DNA of 12,547 nucleotides, taken from the IMG/VR virus record IMGVR_UViG_3300045988_074307; one strand, written 5' to 3'. Below, piece by piece: positions 1-6,472 of this stretch. The position numbers and the translations under genes are program-made. The notes beneath the pieces are model-generated. The model ran no database searches and had not been told where the DNA came from. It worked only from the letters and a program-made list of their open reading frames with translations. The stretch's first letter is position 1. Every line of letters begins with the position of its first letter. Origin of the DNA: a virus.

Positions 1-42
1 AAAGTAACCATACCCGAAACACTTGTTCGACCTCCCCAAACG
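1..42. repeat. Left inverted terminal repeat (42 bp, perfect); genome terminus and likely protein-primed replication origin
   Basis: nt 1-42 (AAAGTAACCATACCCGAAACACTTGTTCGACCTCCCCAAACG) are the exact reverse complement of nt 12506-12547. Degenerate similarity continues to about nt 57 (shared TAAATT). The end starts AAAGTA, as phi29-group termini do. Confidence 0.95.
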
Positions 43-62
43 TCTCGACGGTAAATTAAGGG

Positions 63-101
63 CTTGTATATACGATTATTATGTGCTATACTTGTATATA
101 C
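63..101. promoter_or_regulatory. Two direct copies of CTTGTATATAC (each with the 8-bp palindrome GTATATAC); candidate operators at the left promoter
   Basis: Copies lie at 63-73 and 91-101, 28 bp apart. One overlaps the -35 and the other the predicted transcription start. The same palindrome recurs at 3122-3129 inside the second rightward promoter. Confidence 0.45.
64..92 (+). promoter_or_regulatory. Sigma-A-type promoter of the left (replication) arm
   Basis: TTGTAT (64-69), 17-nt spacer, TATACT (87-92), with TG at 84-85 giving an extended -10 (TGcTATACT). It lies just inside the ITR and upstream of the first RBS-supported gene. Confidence 0.6.
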
Positions 102-139
102 CGATACAACTAAATTATTTCATGCAGAGAGGAGGAGTA

Positions 140-304
140 ATGAAAAAAACTAGAGTAATAAACATAAGGCTGACAGAAGAACAGCGGATGGAGATTGATT
201 CTCTCGCCGAACTTATGCAGACTACCCGAACCGAAGTATTATTAAAGGCGATAGCCTATTTAAAAGACCATATGGAGGAGGTGCTTGATGATGGCAAGAG
301 GTAG
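140..304 (+). CDS. Ribbon-helix-helix (CopG/Arc-like) DNA-binding protein, 54 aa; candidate transcriptional regulator
   Basis: ATG at 140 is preceded by GGAGGAG (131-137). MKKTRVINIRLTEEQRMEIDSLAELMQTTRTEVLLKAIAYLKDH fits a beta-strand/helix/helix RHH layout. The longer ORF-track start at 23 lies inside the ITR and has no RBS. Confidence 0.7.
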   Translation: MKKTRVINIRLTEEQRMEIDSLAELMQTTRTEVLLKAIAYLKDHMEEVLDDGKR

Positions 305-956
305 GAAGAAATACATAACCCCAGCCATAACACAGCTGAAAACAGTAAAGAAACCCGAGTACAGAACGATAGACGTATACGCAGGAGGATACACTTTAGG
401 AGAATTACAGGATATACGACGGGTATTAGCAAAGCAGGCAAATCAGCGGATATTGCGCCTAGAGAGAGCAAAAAGCCGCGTAACTGGTGAGAGTTACAAC
501 ACATTCGGTGCTGTTATTGATGTTTACGATTACTTAGGAAATAAAGGACGTAGACGATTTTCGGAATCAAAGACAGCTATAAAGCAGAGTAATGAACTTA
601 GGCGCGAGATAACAGTATTACAGGGATTTCTCGGAAGGAAGTCGTCAACGGTTAAAGGCATACGAGAAATAGAAAATAAGCGACTGCGGGTATTTTCGAA
701 TAAAGGGATAAAATTTGCGAATACTAGAGAATTTTATGAGTTTTTAAACTCGCAGACATTTTTAGGCTTAGTAGCAAGTGGCTACACATCTGAACAGATT
801 GTAGAAACATATGACATGGCGCGTGAAAAAGAAGACGATTATAAGGCTGTTGAGAAAATGACAAAGGCTCTTGAAGAGTTTAGAAAAGGCGAGAAAAAAG
901 TGACCATTAAAAACCTAGAGCAGACACTGGGGGTTAAGTTATTAAGTAGGCGATGA
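288..956 (+). CDS. Candidate terminal (DNA-priming) protein, about 222 aa
   Basis: It sits immediately upstream of the protein-primed polymerase, with its stop at 954-956 and the polymerase ATG at 958, the gene order seen in phi29, Cp-1 and PRD1. It has a very basic N-terminus (MMARGRKKY; phi29 TP starts MARSPR as I recall). RBS GGAGGAGG is at 274-281. I recognise no conserved motif, so the call is positional. Confidence 0.55.
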   Translation: MMARGRKKYITPAITQLKTVKKPEYRTIDVYAGGYTLGELQDIRRVLAKQANQRILRLERAKSRVTGESYNTFGAVIDVYDYLGNKGRRRFSESKTAIKQSNELRREITVLQGFLGRKSSTVKGIREIENKRLRVFSNKGIKFANTREFYEFLNSQTFLGLVASGYTSEQIVETYDMAREKEDDYKAVEKMTKALEEFRKGEKKVTIKNLEQTLGVKLLSRR

Positions 957-957
957 A

Positions 958-3117
958 ATGAGGAAAGCAAGAATAGTTAAACGCGACCTGACATATGATT
1001 ATATTGATACATTTAATATTGATGATTTCCCGTTTACACTTTTAAATAAAAAGTGTCTTAGATGCCGTGGTCAACATCCCAAAGAATATATTTACGATTA
1101 CGCAACATTCGACATTGAGACTACGACTATTGTAAATACAGGGAAACCGTTTGGTTATATGTATCACTGGCAAATGGACGTTGCGGGCTATGTAATAACT
1201 GGCAGACGTTGGAATGAATGGGTATATTTTATGGAGAAGTTAGCAGAAATATACAGAATAAATGACAACAGGCGATTAGTGATATACGTACACAATCTAG
1301 GATATGAATTTCAGTACATTCGTGATTATTTAGAAGAAAATTTCGGCGGTTATAATGTGTTTGCGACAAAAAACAGAGCGCCTATACGAGTAAATACGCA
1401 TAACGGTTTTGAGTTTCGTTGTTCTTACAAACTTACAAATATGTCATTAAACAAAGCAACGTTAAATGAACTAGGAGTAATCCATATTAAAGCGGTAGGA
1501 GACCTTGACTATAAAATTATTAGAACTGCGGAAACACCTTTAAATGACACTGAATTCGGGTATTGTGTGAGCGATGTAGTTTCTTTATATGAGCTGATTG
1601 ACAGGCGATTGATAAATGAGACGGATAATTTAGAGACAATCCCTATGACATCTACAGGCTATGTACGCAGAGATTGTCGTAAGGCATGTCGAAAAGACCA
1701 TGACTATAATAGGATGTTTACGAAATTAATAATGACACCTTATGTGTACGGTCTTCTAAAAGAAGCTGGAAGAGGAGGAAACACACACGCAAATAGGTTT
1801 ATGTCCGGTCGTATATGGAGCGATGTCGATTCTTTTGATTTTGTTTCGGACTATCCCGCGCAAATGCTGTTGCGCAAATATCCGATGAGTAAATTTGTAC
1901 CATACGGGGATATCGAGAATATGGCAGAATTTGACGACTTACTGAGAGAATATGCGTGTCTATTCCGTGTTACTCTTGTAAATGTGAAGGTTAGAGACAA
2001 TATAGCAATGCCGTATATACCGATATCTAAATGCACACAGTACATAAGAAAAGCAGAAGACAGCAATATTGAGTTGCGGCTTGATAACGGTAGAGTATTA
2101 TCTGCCCCCGCGCTGTCTATGACAATAACAGATGTAGACTACACGATTTTAAAACGACAATATAATTGGGATAGTATAGCAATACAGGATATGTGTATTG
2201 CAAACTATGACTATCTACCGAGACCAATCCGCGATTGTGTTATGGAATATTTTAAAGCAAAAACAGATTTAAAATTCGCGATACAGGAGGAAAAGCGCAG
2301 AGAAACTCCCGACCGCGAGAAACTAGAAAACCTTACTTATTTGTATGCGAAGTCAAAAAACCGTCTAAATGGTATATTCGGTATGTGCTACACAGACCCA
2401 GTACACCAACAAATTACTATAAACGAATTGGGAGAATGGGAGACTAAAGAACCCGATATAAAAACGGAATTAGATAAGTTCCATAAGTCGCGCAACTCGT
2501 TTCTATACTATCCATGGGGAGTATGGGTTACTTGTTGGGCACGCTTGCATTTAGAAGATTTGATTGACATCACGGGACAGGACAGGACTATATATTGCGA
2601 CACGGATTCTTCTAAGGCGGTCGGAGTGGATATTTCTAGTGTTGATAAATTTAACGAAAAAATAATTGCCCTCGCAGAAGAGAGGGGTGCTTATTACGAC
2701 TGTAATGGAACACGATTCTATATGGGCATAGCTGAACACGAGAACGATGAACCAATAGCGAGATTTAAAACTCTTGGGGCTAAGAAATATGTGTATCACG
2801 ACAAAGACGGGTTTCATATCACTATAGCCGGTGTTAGTAAAGCAAAAAGCTATGACACAGGAGAATATATTGCTGTAGAGGAAATGCGATGTATTAAGAA
2901 TTTTGCACCAGGATTTACATTTTCACGTGCGGGAGGTAACGAATTGGTTTATAACGATAACGTAGGCATACATAACATAACGATAGACGGTTGCACGATG
3001 GAAACGGCTAGTAATATTGCAATGTTAGATTCCACTTATACCGTGGGTATAACAGCGGAGTATGCAACTCTGATTGACTGCAATATTTATTGTGATATTG
3101 ACAAAGATATCGCTTGA
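958..3117 (+). CDS. Protein-primed family-B DNA polymerase (phi29 gp2-like), 719 aa
   Basis: Colinear motifs: Exo I FDIETT (aa 51-56), Exo II HNLGYEFQYI, Exo III YCVSDVVSLYEL, motif A DFVSDYPAQM, motif B KSKNRLNGIFGM, motif C IYCDTDS (nt 2590-2610) and the KxY-type LGAKKYVY. Confidence 0.97.
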   Translation: MRKARIVKRDLTYDYIDTFNIDDFPFTLLNKKCLRCRGQHPKEYIYDYATFDIETTTIVNTGKPFGYMYHWQMDVAGYVITGRRWNEWVYFMEKLAEIYRINDNRRLVIYVHNLGYEFQYIRDYLEENFGGYNVFATKNRAPIRVNTHNGFEFRCSYKLTNMSLNKATLNELGVIHIKAVGDLDYKIIRTAETPLNDTEFGYCVSDVVSLYELIDRRLINETDNLETIPMTSTGYVRRDCRKACRKDHDYNRMFTKLIMTPYVYGLLKEAGRGGNTHANRFMSGRIWSDVDSFDFVSDYPAQMLLRKYPMSKFVPYGDIENMAEFDDLLREYACLFRVTLVNVKVRDNIAMPYIPISKCTQYIRKAEDSNIELRLDNGRVLSAPALSMTITDVDYTILKRQYNWDSIAIQDMCIANYDYLPRPIRDCVMEYFKAKTDLKFAIQEEKRRETPDREKLENLTYLYAKSKNRLNGIFGMCYTDPVHQQITINELGEWETKEPDIKTELDKFHKSRNSFLYYPWGVWVTCWARLHLEDLIDITGQDRTIYCDTDSSKAVGVDISSVDKFNEKIIALAEERGAYYDCNGTRFYMGIAEHENDEPIARFKTLGAKKYVYHDKDGFHITIAGVSKAKSYDTGEYIAVEEMRCIKNFAPGFTFSRAGGNELVYNDNVGIHNITIDGCTMETASNIAMLDSTYTVGITAEYATLIDCNIYCDIDKDIA

Positions 3118-3142
3118 CAACGTATATACATTTGTGTATACT
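3114..3142 (+). promoter_or_regulatory. Internal sigma-A-type promoter upstream of the SpoVG-like gene and the ATPase
   Basis: TTGACA (3114-3119, overlapping the polymerase stop TGA at 3115-3117), 17-nt spacer, TATACT (3137-3142). The spacer contains the palindrome GTATATAC (3122-3129). Confidence 0.6.
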
Positions 3143-3186
3143 ATAAGAGAACAATTAATATATTATTTAAAACAGGAGGTAGCATA

Positions 3187-3465
3187 ATGAATAAGTCTAA
3201 TTCAAAAAAAACACTGGAGGTGTCTAGTTTTAGAGTAACGGGAGTACGAACTTTAGATAGTGGCTCAGTTTCGTTTGATATGAAATTAAATGGAATAAAT
3301 ATATACGGTTGCTTCGTAGTAGAATCGGCGGAATATGGTGATTTCATTTCGTTTCCACAAAGAAAAGGGAAAGACGGAAAGTACTACCCGATTGTACGGG
3401 CGAAACTGGATAAGGAAGATACTGCGGCAATCTTGCAGGAAGTAGAGAGAATATTAAATGAATAA
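3187..3465 (+). CDS. Small SpoVG-like nucleic-acid-binding protein, 92 aa; possible replication accessory DNA-binding protein
   Basis: RBS GGAGG is about 8 nt upstream. LEVSSFRVTGV...SFDMKLNGINIYGCFVVESAEYGDFISFPQRKGKDGKYYPIV aligns by eye with B. subtilis SpoVG (EVTDVRLRRV...[41 protein letters not shown], as I recall it). Confidence 0.45.
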   Translation: MNKSNSKKTLEVSSFRVTGVRTLDSGSVSFDMKLNGINIYGCFVVESAEYGDFISFPQRKGKDGKYYPIVRAKLDKEDTAAILQEVERILNE

Positions 3466-3476
3466 ATATGAATAAT

Positions 3477-3505
3477 GGGAGGGGTTTCCCTCCCTTATTT
3501 GTTAT
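3477..3505 (+). terminator. Intrinsic terminator or attenuator hairpin between the SpoVG-like gene and the ATPase
   Basis: A 7-bp GC-rich stem, GGGAGGG (3477-3483) with CCCTCCC (3488-3494), closes a 4-nt loop and is followed by TTATTTGTTAT. Confidence 0.5.
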
Positions 3506-3516
3506 GGAGGTATTAC

Positions 3517-4578
3517 ATGCAAAATAAAATGTTTTTAAACATTTTCGATTATAAAGACGACCGATACCCTTTTCAAATTTTTATTGGTGGTCGAGGTTTC
3601 GGTAAAACATATAGCGGGTATACTGGTTGCTTAGGTCTACAAGAAACAGCTGTAGTTCCGAAAAAATTTTTATGGATGAGGAGAACCCAAAAGGAATTAG
3701 AACTCATGGAGGATACTGAAAAGGGAGAAGGAATTGGAGATTTAAAAACAATAAACAACGATTATGGTACTAATTACGGTTTTAAAGCAATAAACGACTC
3801 TCTCGCTGGAGTATATGCTAGAGAGGTCGGCGAAAACGGAAAGTATATATACAGCGAAACACCAGTAGGCTATGGCATAGCGTTAAGTACTGTATCCTCG
3901 ATACGAGGTATAAACTTTAGTGACTGCTCGGACTGGGTATATGATGAATTTATACCCGAAAAACACGTAAAGAAAATGAAGGGTGAGTGTGACGCGCTTC
4001 TAAATGCGTATGAGACAATAAACCGTAACAGAGAGTTTACAGGAGGGCAACCTATACACCTTTGGCTATTAGCAAACTCGAACGATATTTACAATCCAAT
4101 ATTTGTAGGACTTGGAATTGTTTCTATTGCGGAAAAAATGGTGTCCAGCAATAAAAAGCATACATACATTCCCGATAGAGGTTTAGCGATACATATTTTG
4201 CCGCCGTCGCGAGAGTTCCGCGAGAAAAAGGCAAAGACAGCCCTCTATAAACTTACGAATGGTACAGAGTTTCATGACATGGCTCTTGATAACACTTTCG
4301 CGTACAATGATTTTTCTCTGATAGCATATCGAAAAATACAGGGGTATATTCCGCTTTGTGCGCTTGATAATGCGTATATATATAAGAAAAAAGGCGATTC
4401 TGAGTTATACGTTTCTTATTCGCCTGCTAAAGTGCCTATATTTAGCAGTAAGATTGCACAGGACGTTATTCGTTTTAGAAGAGAATACGGTGTTACTATA
4501 CAACCGTATTTTGTAAAAGGGCACTTGATATTTGAATCTTATGAACTTAAAGAAAAGATTTTACAAATGATATTATAA
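3517..4578 (+). CDS. DNA packaging (encapsidation) ATPase, phi29 gp16-like, 353 aa
   Basis: Walker A GGRGFGKT (aa 24-31 from ATG 3517) and Walker B-like DWVYDEF. I moved the start to ATG 3517 (GGAGG at 3506-3510) because the ORF-track start at 3475 would translate through the hairpin. Confidence 0.88.
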   Translation: MQNKMFLNIFDYKDDRYPFQIFIGGRGFGKTYSGYTGCLGLQETAVVPKKFLWMRRTQKELELMEDTEKGEGIGDLKTINNDYGTNYGFKAINDSLAGVYAREVGENGKYIYSETPVGYGIALSTVSSIRGINFSDCSDWVYDEFIPEKHVKKMKGECDALLNAYETINRNREFTGGQPIHLWLLANSNDIYNPIFVGLGIVSIAEKMVSSNKKHTYIPDRGLAIHILPPSREFREKKAKTALYKLTNGTEFHDMALDNTFAYNDFSLIAYRKIQGYIPLCALDNAYIYKKKGDSELYVSYSPAKVPIFSSKIAQDVIRFRREYGVTIQPYFVKGHLIFESYELKEKILQMIL

Positions 4579-4588
4579 GTGTTATAAT
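4560..4588 (+). promoter_or_regulatory. Near-consensus extended -10 promoter aimed into the central non-coding locus
   Basis: TTTACA (4560-4565), 17-nt spacer, TGtTATAAT (4580-4588). The -35 and spacer lie in the last ATPase codons and the -10 follows the TAA stop (4576-4578). Confidence 0.6.
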
Positions 4589-4593
4589 AGAAG

Positions 4594-4699
4594 CTGGCAG
4601 GAGCGCTAGGACTAGCTGACGGAATCAGCGGCGCATGGTCTTGTCCGCCATAAGCCTGCTAGAAGCCCAGTAGATAATCTACTGGGCTTCTTTGATTTT
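4594..4699 (+). ncRNA. Candidate structured ncRNA of about 105 nt, possibly a pRNA-like packaging RNA
   Basis: This GC-rich non-coding gap between convergent stop codons has a dedicated promoter (4560-4588) and terminator (4661-4699). Helix candidates: 4594-4601/4655-4662, 4603-4606/4631-4634, 4615-4619/4625-4629 and 4635-4638/4648-4651. No RBS-supported ORF is present. Confidence 0.45.
4661..4699. terminator. Intrinsic terminator at the convergence point of the two arms
   Basis: A perfect 13-bp stem, AGAAGCCCAGTAG (4661-4673) with CTACTGGGCTTCT (4679-4691), closes a 5-nt loop ATAAT. It is followed on the + strand by TTGATTTT. There is no comparable U-tract for leftward transcripts, so it looks stronger for rightward transcription. 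Confidence 0.8.
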
Positions 4700-5735
4700 A
4701 GAACGGTCTGCGACGTATCGTCATATTTATTGAGAATGTAGTACCTGCAGTGATTGTAGCACCCCCGTCTGCAAATATACGCATACCTCCCACTGTGTAT
4801 GCGCTTGATAATGTAACAGGCGGCGCGAAATCACACATAACACTTGTAATACCCGATAAATCTCGTCTCGGAATGGAACATGACAATGGTGTAGGGAATG
4901 TAAATGGTGCTGGAATGTCGCAAACGTCAACATCGTCTGCACCAATAGTTTTAGTTGCTTTTATACTTCCTGCAAATGTAATGCTATCCGTATCCATGTA
5001 TATTGCAAGATTGCTAGTATCCCAACCATCGTGTGCGGTTGGTGCAGTAATGTAAGAGCTGGTTCTGCGCTCGTAATACGTGCCATTTAGCAATGCTACC
5101 ATACACTTTGCAAGAATATCATAACCGAAAATTGTTGGGTGTATGTTGTCCGAGCTTACATACTGCGGATAACCTACCAACGCTGTAGCGCATTCGGGGT
5201 AGTAATACACTGGTGTGTTTGGGTCGTCTCCGTATCCTAAAGCTCCGAAGACTTTCCAGCTATCGAATGTTGTAAACGACACGGAGCCCCAGCAAGGAAA
5301 CTGCACTATTTTTGCGGCAGGAAACGACCGCTGTAAATAACTGCGCAATGAGTTGGCACTCCCTGCTACATCCGCAGATGAGTTAAAATTTACGTCATTT
5401 ATGCCGCCGATTATAACCACGTATTTTACTTTATTATGGCTGTATGTAACATCATCGTTCGCACGCTCTGCCTGCGACATAAATAAATTGCCAGCGATAG
5501 TATAGCCGCTACCCGATACACCATAGTTGTGTAACCGCAATCCTAAGTATTTTGCAAGAAGAGTAGGCAATTGTTGCTCTGTTGGCACGATACCACCCGC
5601 AGTTACACCCTGAGTAAAACTGTCGCCTATAACGACTATTTCTGTTTTTTCTATTCTATTAATCGCGTCCCTCACGTCCCTGTCTTTAACAGCGACTAAC
5701 TCTCCGTTTAAATCAAATTCTGAAACATATTTCAT
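4698..5735 (-). CDS. Tail appendage / receptor-interacting protein with an SGNH (GDSL) esterase domain and a C-terminal beta-rich domain, 345 aa
   Basis: SGNH blocks: I VVIGDSFTQG, II GVSGSGY, III VVIIGGINDV, V SSDNIHPT. Start set at ATG 5735 with AGGAGGA (5741-5747) 5 nt upstream. It is the last gene of the structural operon, in the position of phi29 gp12. Confidence 0.8.
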   Translation of the reverse strand: MKYVSEFDLNGELVAVKDRDVRDAINRIEKTEIVVIGDSFTQGVTAGGIVPTEQQLPTLLAKYLGLRLHNYGVSGSGYTIAGNLFMSQAERANDDVTYSHNKVKYVVIIGGINDVNFNSSADVAGSANSLRSYLQRSFPAAKIVQFPCWGSVSFTTFDSWKVFGALGYGDDPNTPVYYYPECATALVGYPQYVSSDNIHPTIFGYDILAKCMVALLNGTYYERRTSSYITAPTAHDGWDTSNLAIYMDTDSITFAGSIKATKTIGADDVDVCDIPAPFTFPTPLSCSIPRRDLSGITSVMCDFAPPVTLSSAYTVGGMRIFADGGATITAGTTFSINMTIRRRPF

Positions 5736-5748
5736 ATCGTTCCTCCTA

Positions 5749-6264
5749 TTAAAAGCCATATGCCTGTACCATTAAATCGAAAGTGAATGTTCCACTAATT
5801 GGATTTAACAGTCTTACTATAATCTGTGCCTTAGACTGTTGTCTTACAACACAAGTTACTGCACCAACACCAGTGAGCATATCTGCTGTAACCGTAACGG
5901 AATAAAAACCGTTCGGCGGCTGACACACAACAGGAATCGTTAACGCAACGTCCGTCCAAAACATGCCGCTACCATATGCAGTCGATATCGAGCAATTGGT
6001 CTGTCTAACGCTCCCCGAAACAATAGCTAAATATTGGTCTCCGTTCGAAATTTCCGATTTTAGCCATGGTGCGCTCACGACGTTGGTTATACTGGCTTTA
6101 CCATTGGCAACAGCCAAAGCACTGTTTGCGGTACTTTGTGCACTGCTCGCGGCACTCTGTGCGCTATTCGCGGCACTCTGAGCATTACTAGCATTAGTAC
6201 GTGCTGTAGAGTCTTCTACATTGTAGATTGCTCCTCCCACGCGCACCTTGTTTATATTTGCCAT
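5749..6264 (-). CDS. Fibre-like protein, 171 aa: N-terminal docking motif, Ala/Ser-rich coiled-coil-like segment, C-terminal beta-rich domain
   Basis: RBS GGAGGG. MANINKVRVGGAIYNVEDSTAR followed by NASNAQSAANSAQSAASSAQSTANSAL. Its N-terminal half is paralogous to ORF 6273-6470. Confidence 0.55.
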   Translation of the reverse strand: MANINKVRVGGAIYNVEDSTARTNASNAQSAANSAQSAASSAQSTANSALAVANGKASITNVVSAPWLKSEISNGDQYLAIVSGSVRQTNCSISTAYGSGMFWTDVALTIPVVCQPPNGFYSVTVTADMLTGVGAVTCVVRQQSKAQIIVRLLNPISGTFTFDLMVQAYGF

Positions 6265-6272
6265 ACACCCTC

Positions 6273-6470
6273 CTACTCTAAAACAAGAGTGCTGGTATCG
6301 CTCTCGTATTTTGCGCCCACTTTACTGCTTACGGCAGTTAATGCACTGTTTGCCGTATTCTCCGCGCTGTCTGCGGCACTCTTTGCTTCGCTCGCGGTCG
6401 CTCTTGCTGTTACGTCCTCAATTGGATATGTTACGTCTCCGAGTTTTATATTTTTTATAGTGTCTGCCAT
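6273..6470 (-). CDS. Mini fibre-like protein, 65 aa: docking motif, short Ala/Ser-rich helix, C-terminal YESDTSTLVLE
   Basis: RBS GGGAGGA. MADTIKNIKLGDVTYPIEDVTAR followed by ATASEAKSAADSAENTANSAL. Paralogous to the N-terminus of ORF 5749-6264. Confidence 0.5.
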   Translation of the reverse strand: MADTIKNIKLGDVTYPIEDVTARATASEAKSAADSAENTANSALTAVSSKVGAKYESDTSTLVLE

Positions 6471-6472
6471 TT

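Noticed and set aside
23-139. N-terminal extension MFDLPKR... of the first ORF (ORF-track start at 23)
   Set aside because: The TTG start lies inside the ITR, which is why the ORF at the other end begins with the same seven residues. There is no RBS, it would run through the promoter, and ATG 140 has a strong GGAGG.
140-304. The RHH protein as a lysogeny (CI-like) repressor of a temperate phage
   Set aside because: There is no integrase, excisionase, partition or attachment-site features anywhere, and the genome is linear with ITRs. A lytic-cycle transcriptional regulator is more parsimonious.
2013-2025. The 13-mer GTATATACCGATA inside the polymerase gene, identical to 94-106 at the left promoter
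   Set aside because: The match is statistically unexpected, but it lies in coding sequence (MPYIPIS) with no nearby -35/-10 pair. I cannot distinguish an internal operator from chance without binding data.
3475-3516. Upstream ATG 3475 as the ATPase start (MGGVSLPYLLWRYY...)
   Set aside because: The codons coincide with the terminator-like hairpin and have no RBS. ATG 3517 has GGAGG 6 nt upstream.
4594-4660. Possible tRNA in the GC-rich central region
   Set aside because: There is no GTTCRANNC-type T-loop, no cloverleaf with a 7-bp acceptor stem, and the length and helix layout do not fit.
4635-4673. 12-codon ORF (MVLSAISLLEAQ) inside the central non-coding locus
   Set aside because: It has no Shine-Dalgarno sequence although every real gene here has one, and it runs into the terminator stem.
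4727-5055. ORFs 4750-5055 (+) and 4727-4945 (-) overlapping the SGNH gene
   Set aside because: They have no RBS and are nested inside a CDS that is well supported by the SGNH motifs.
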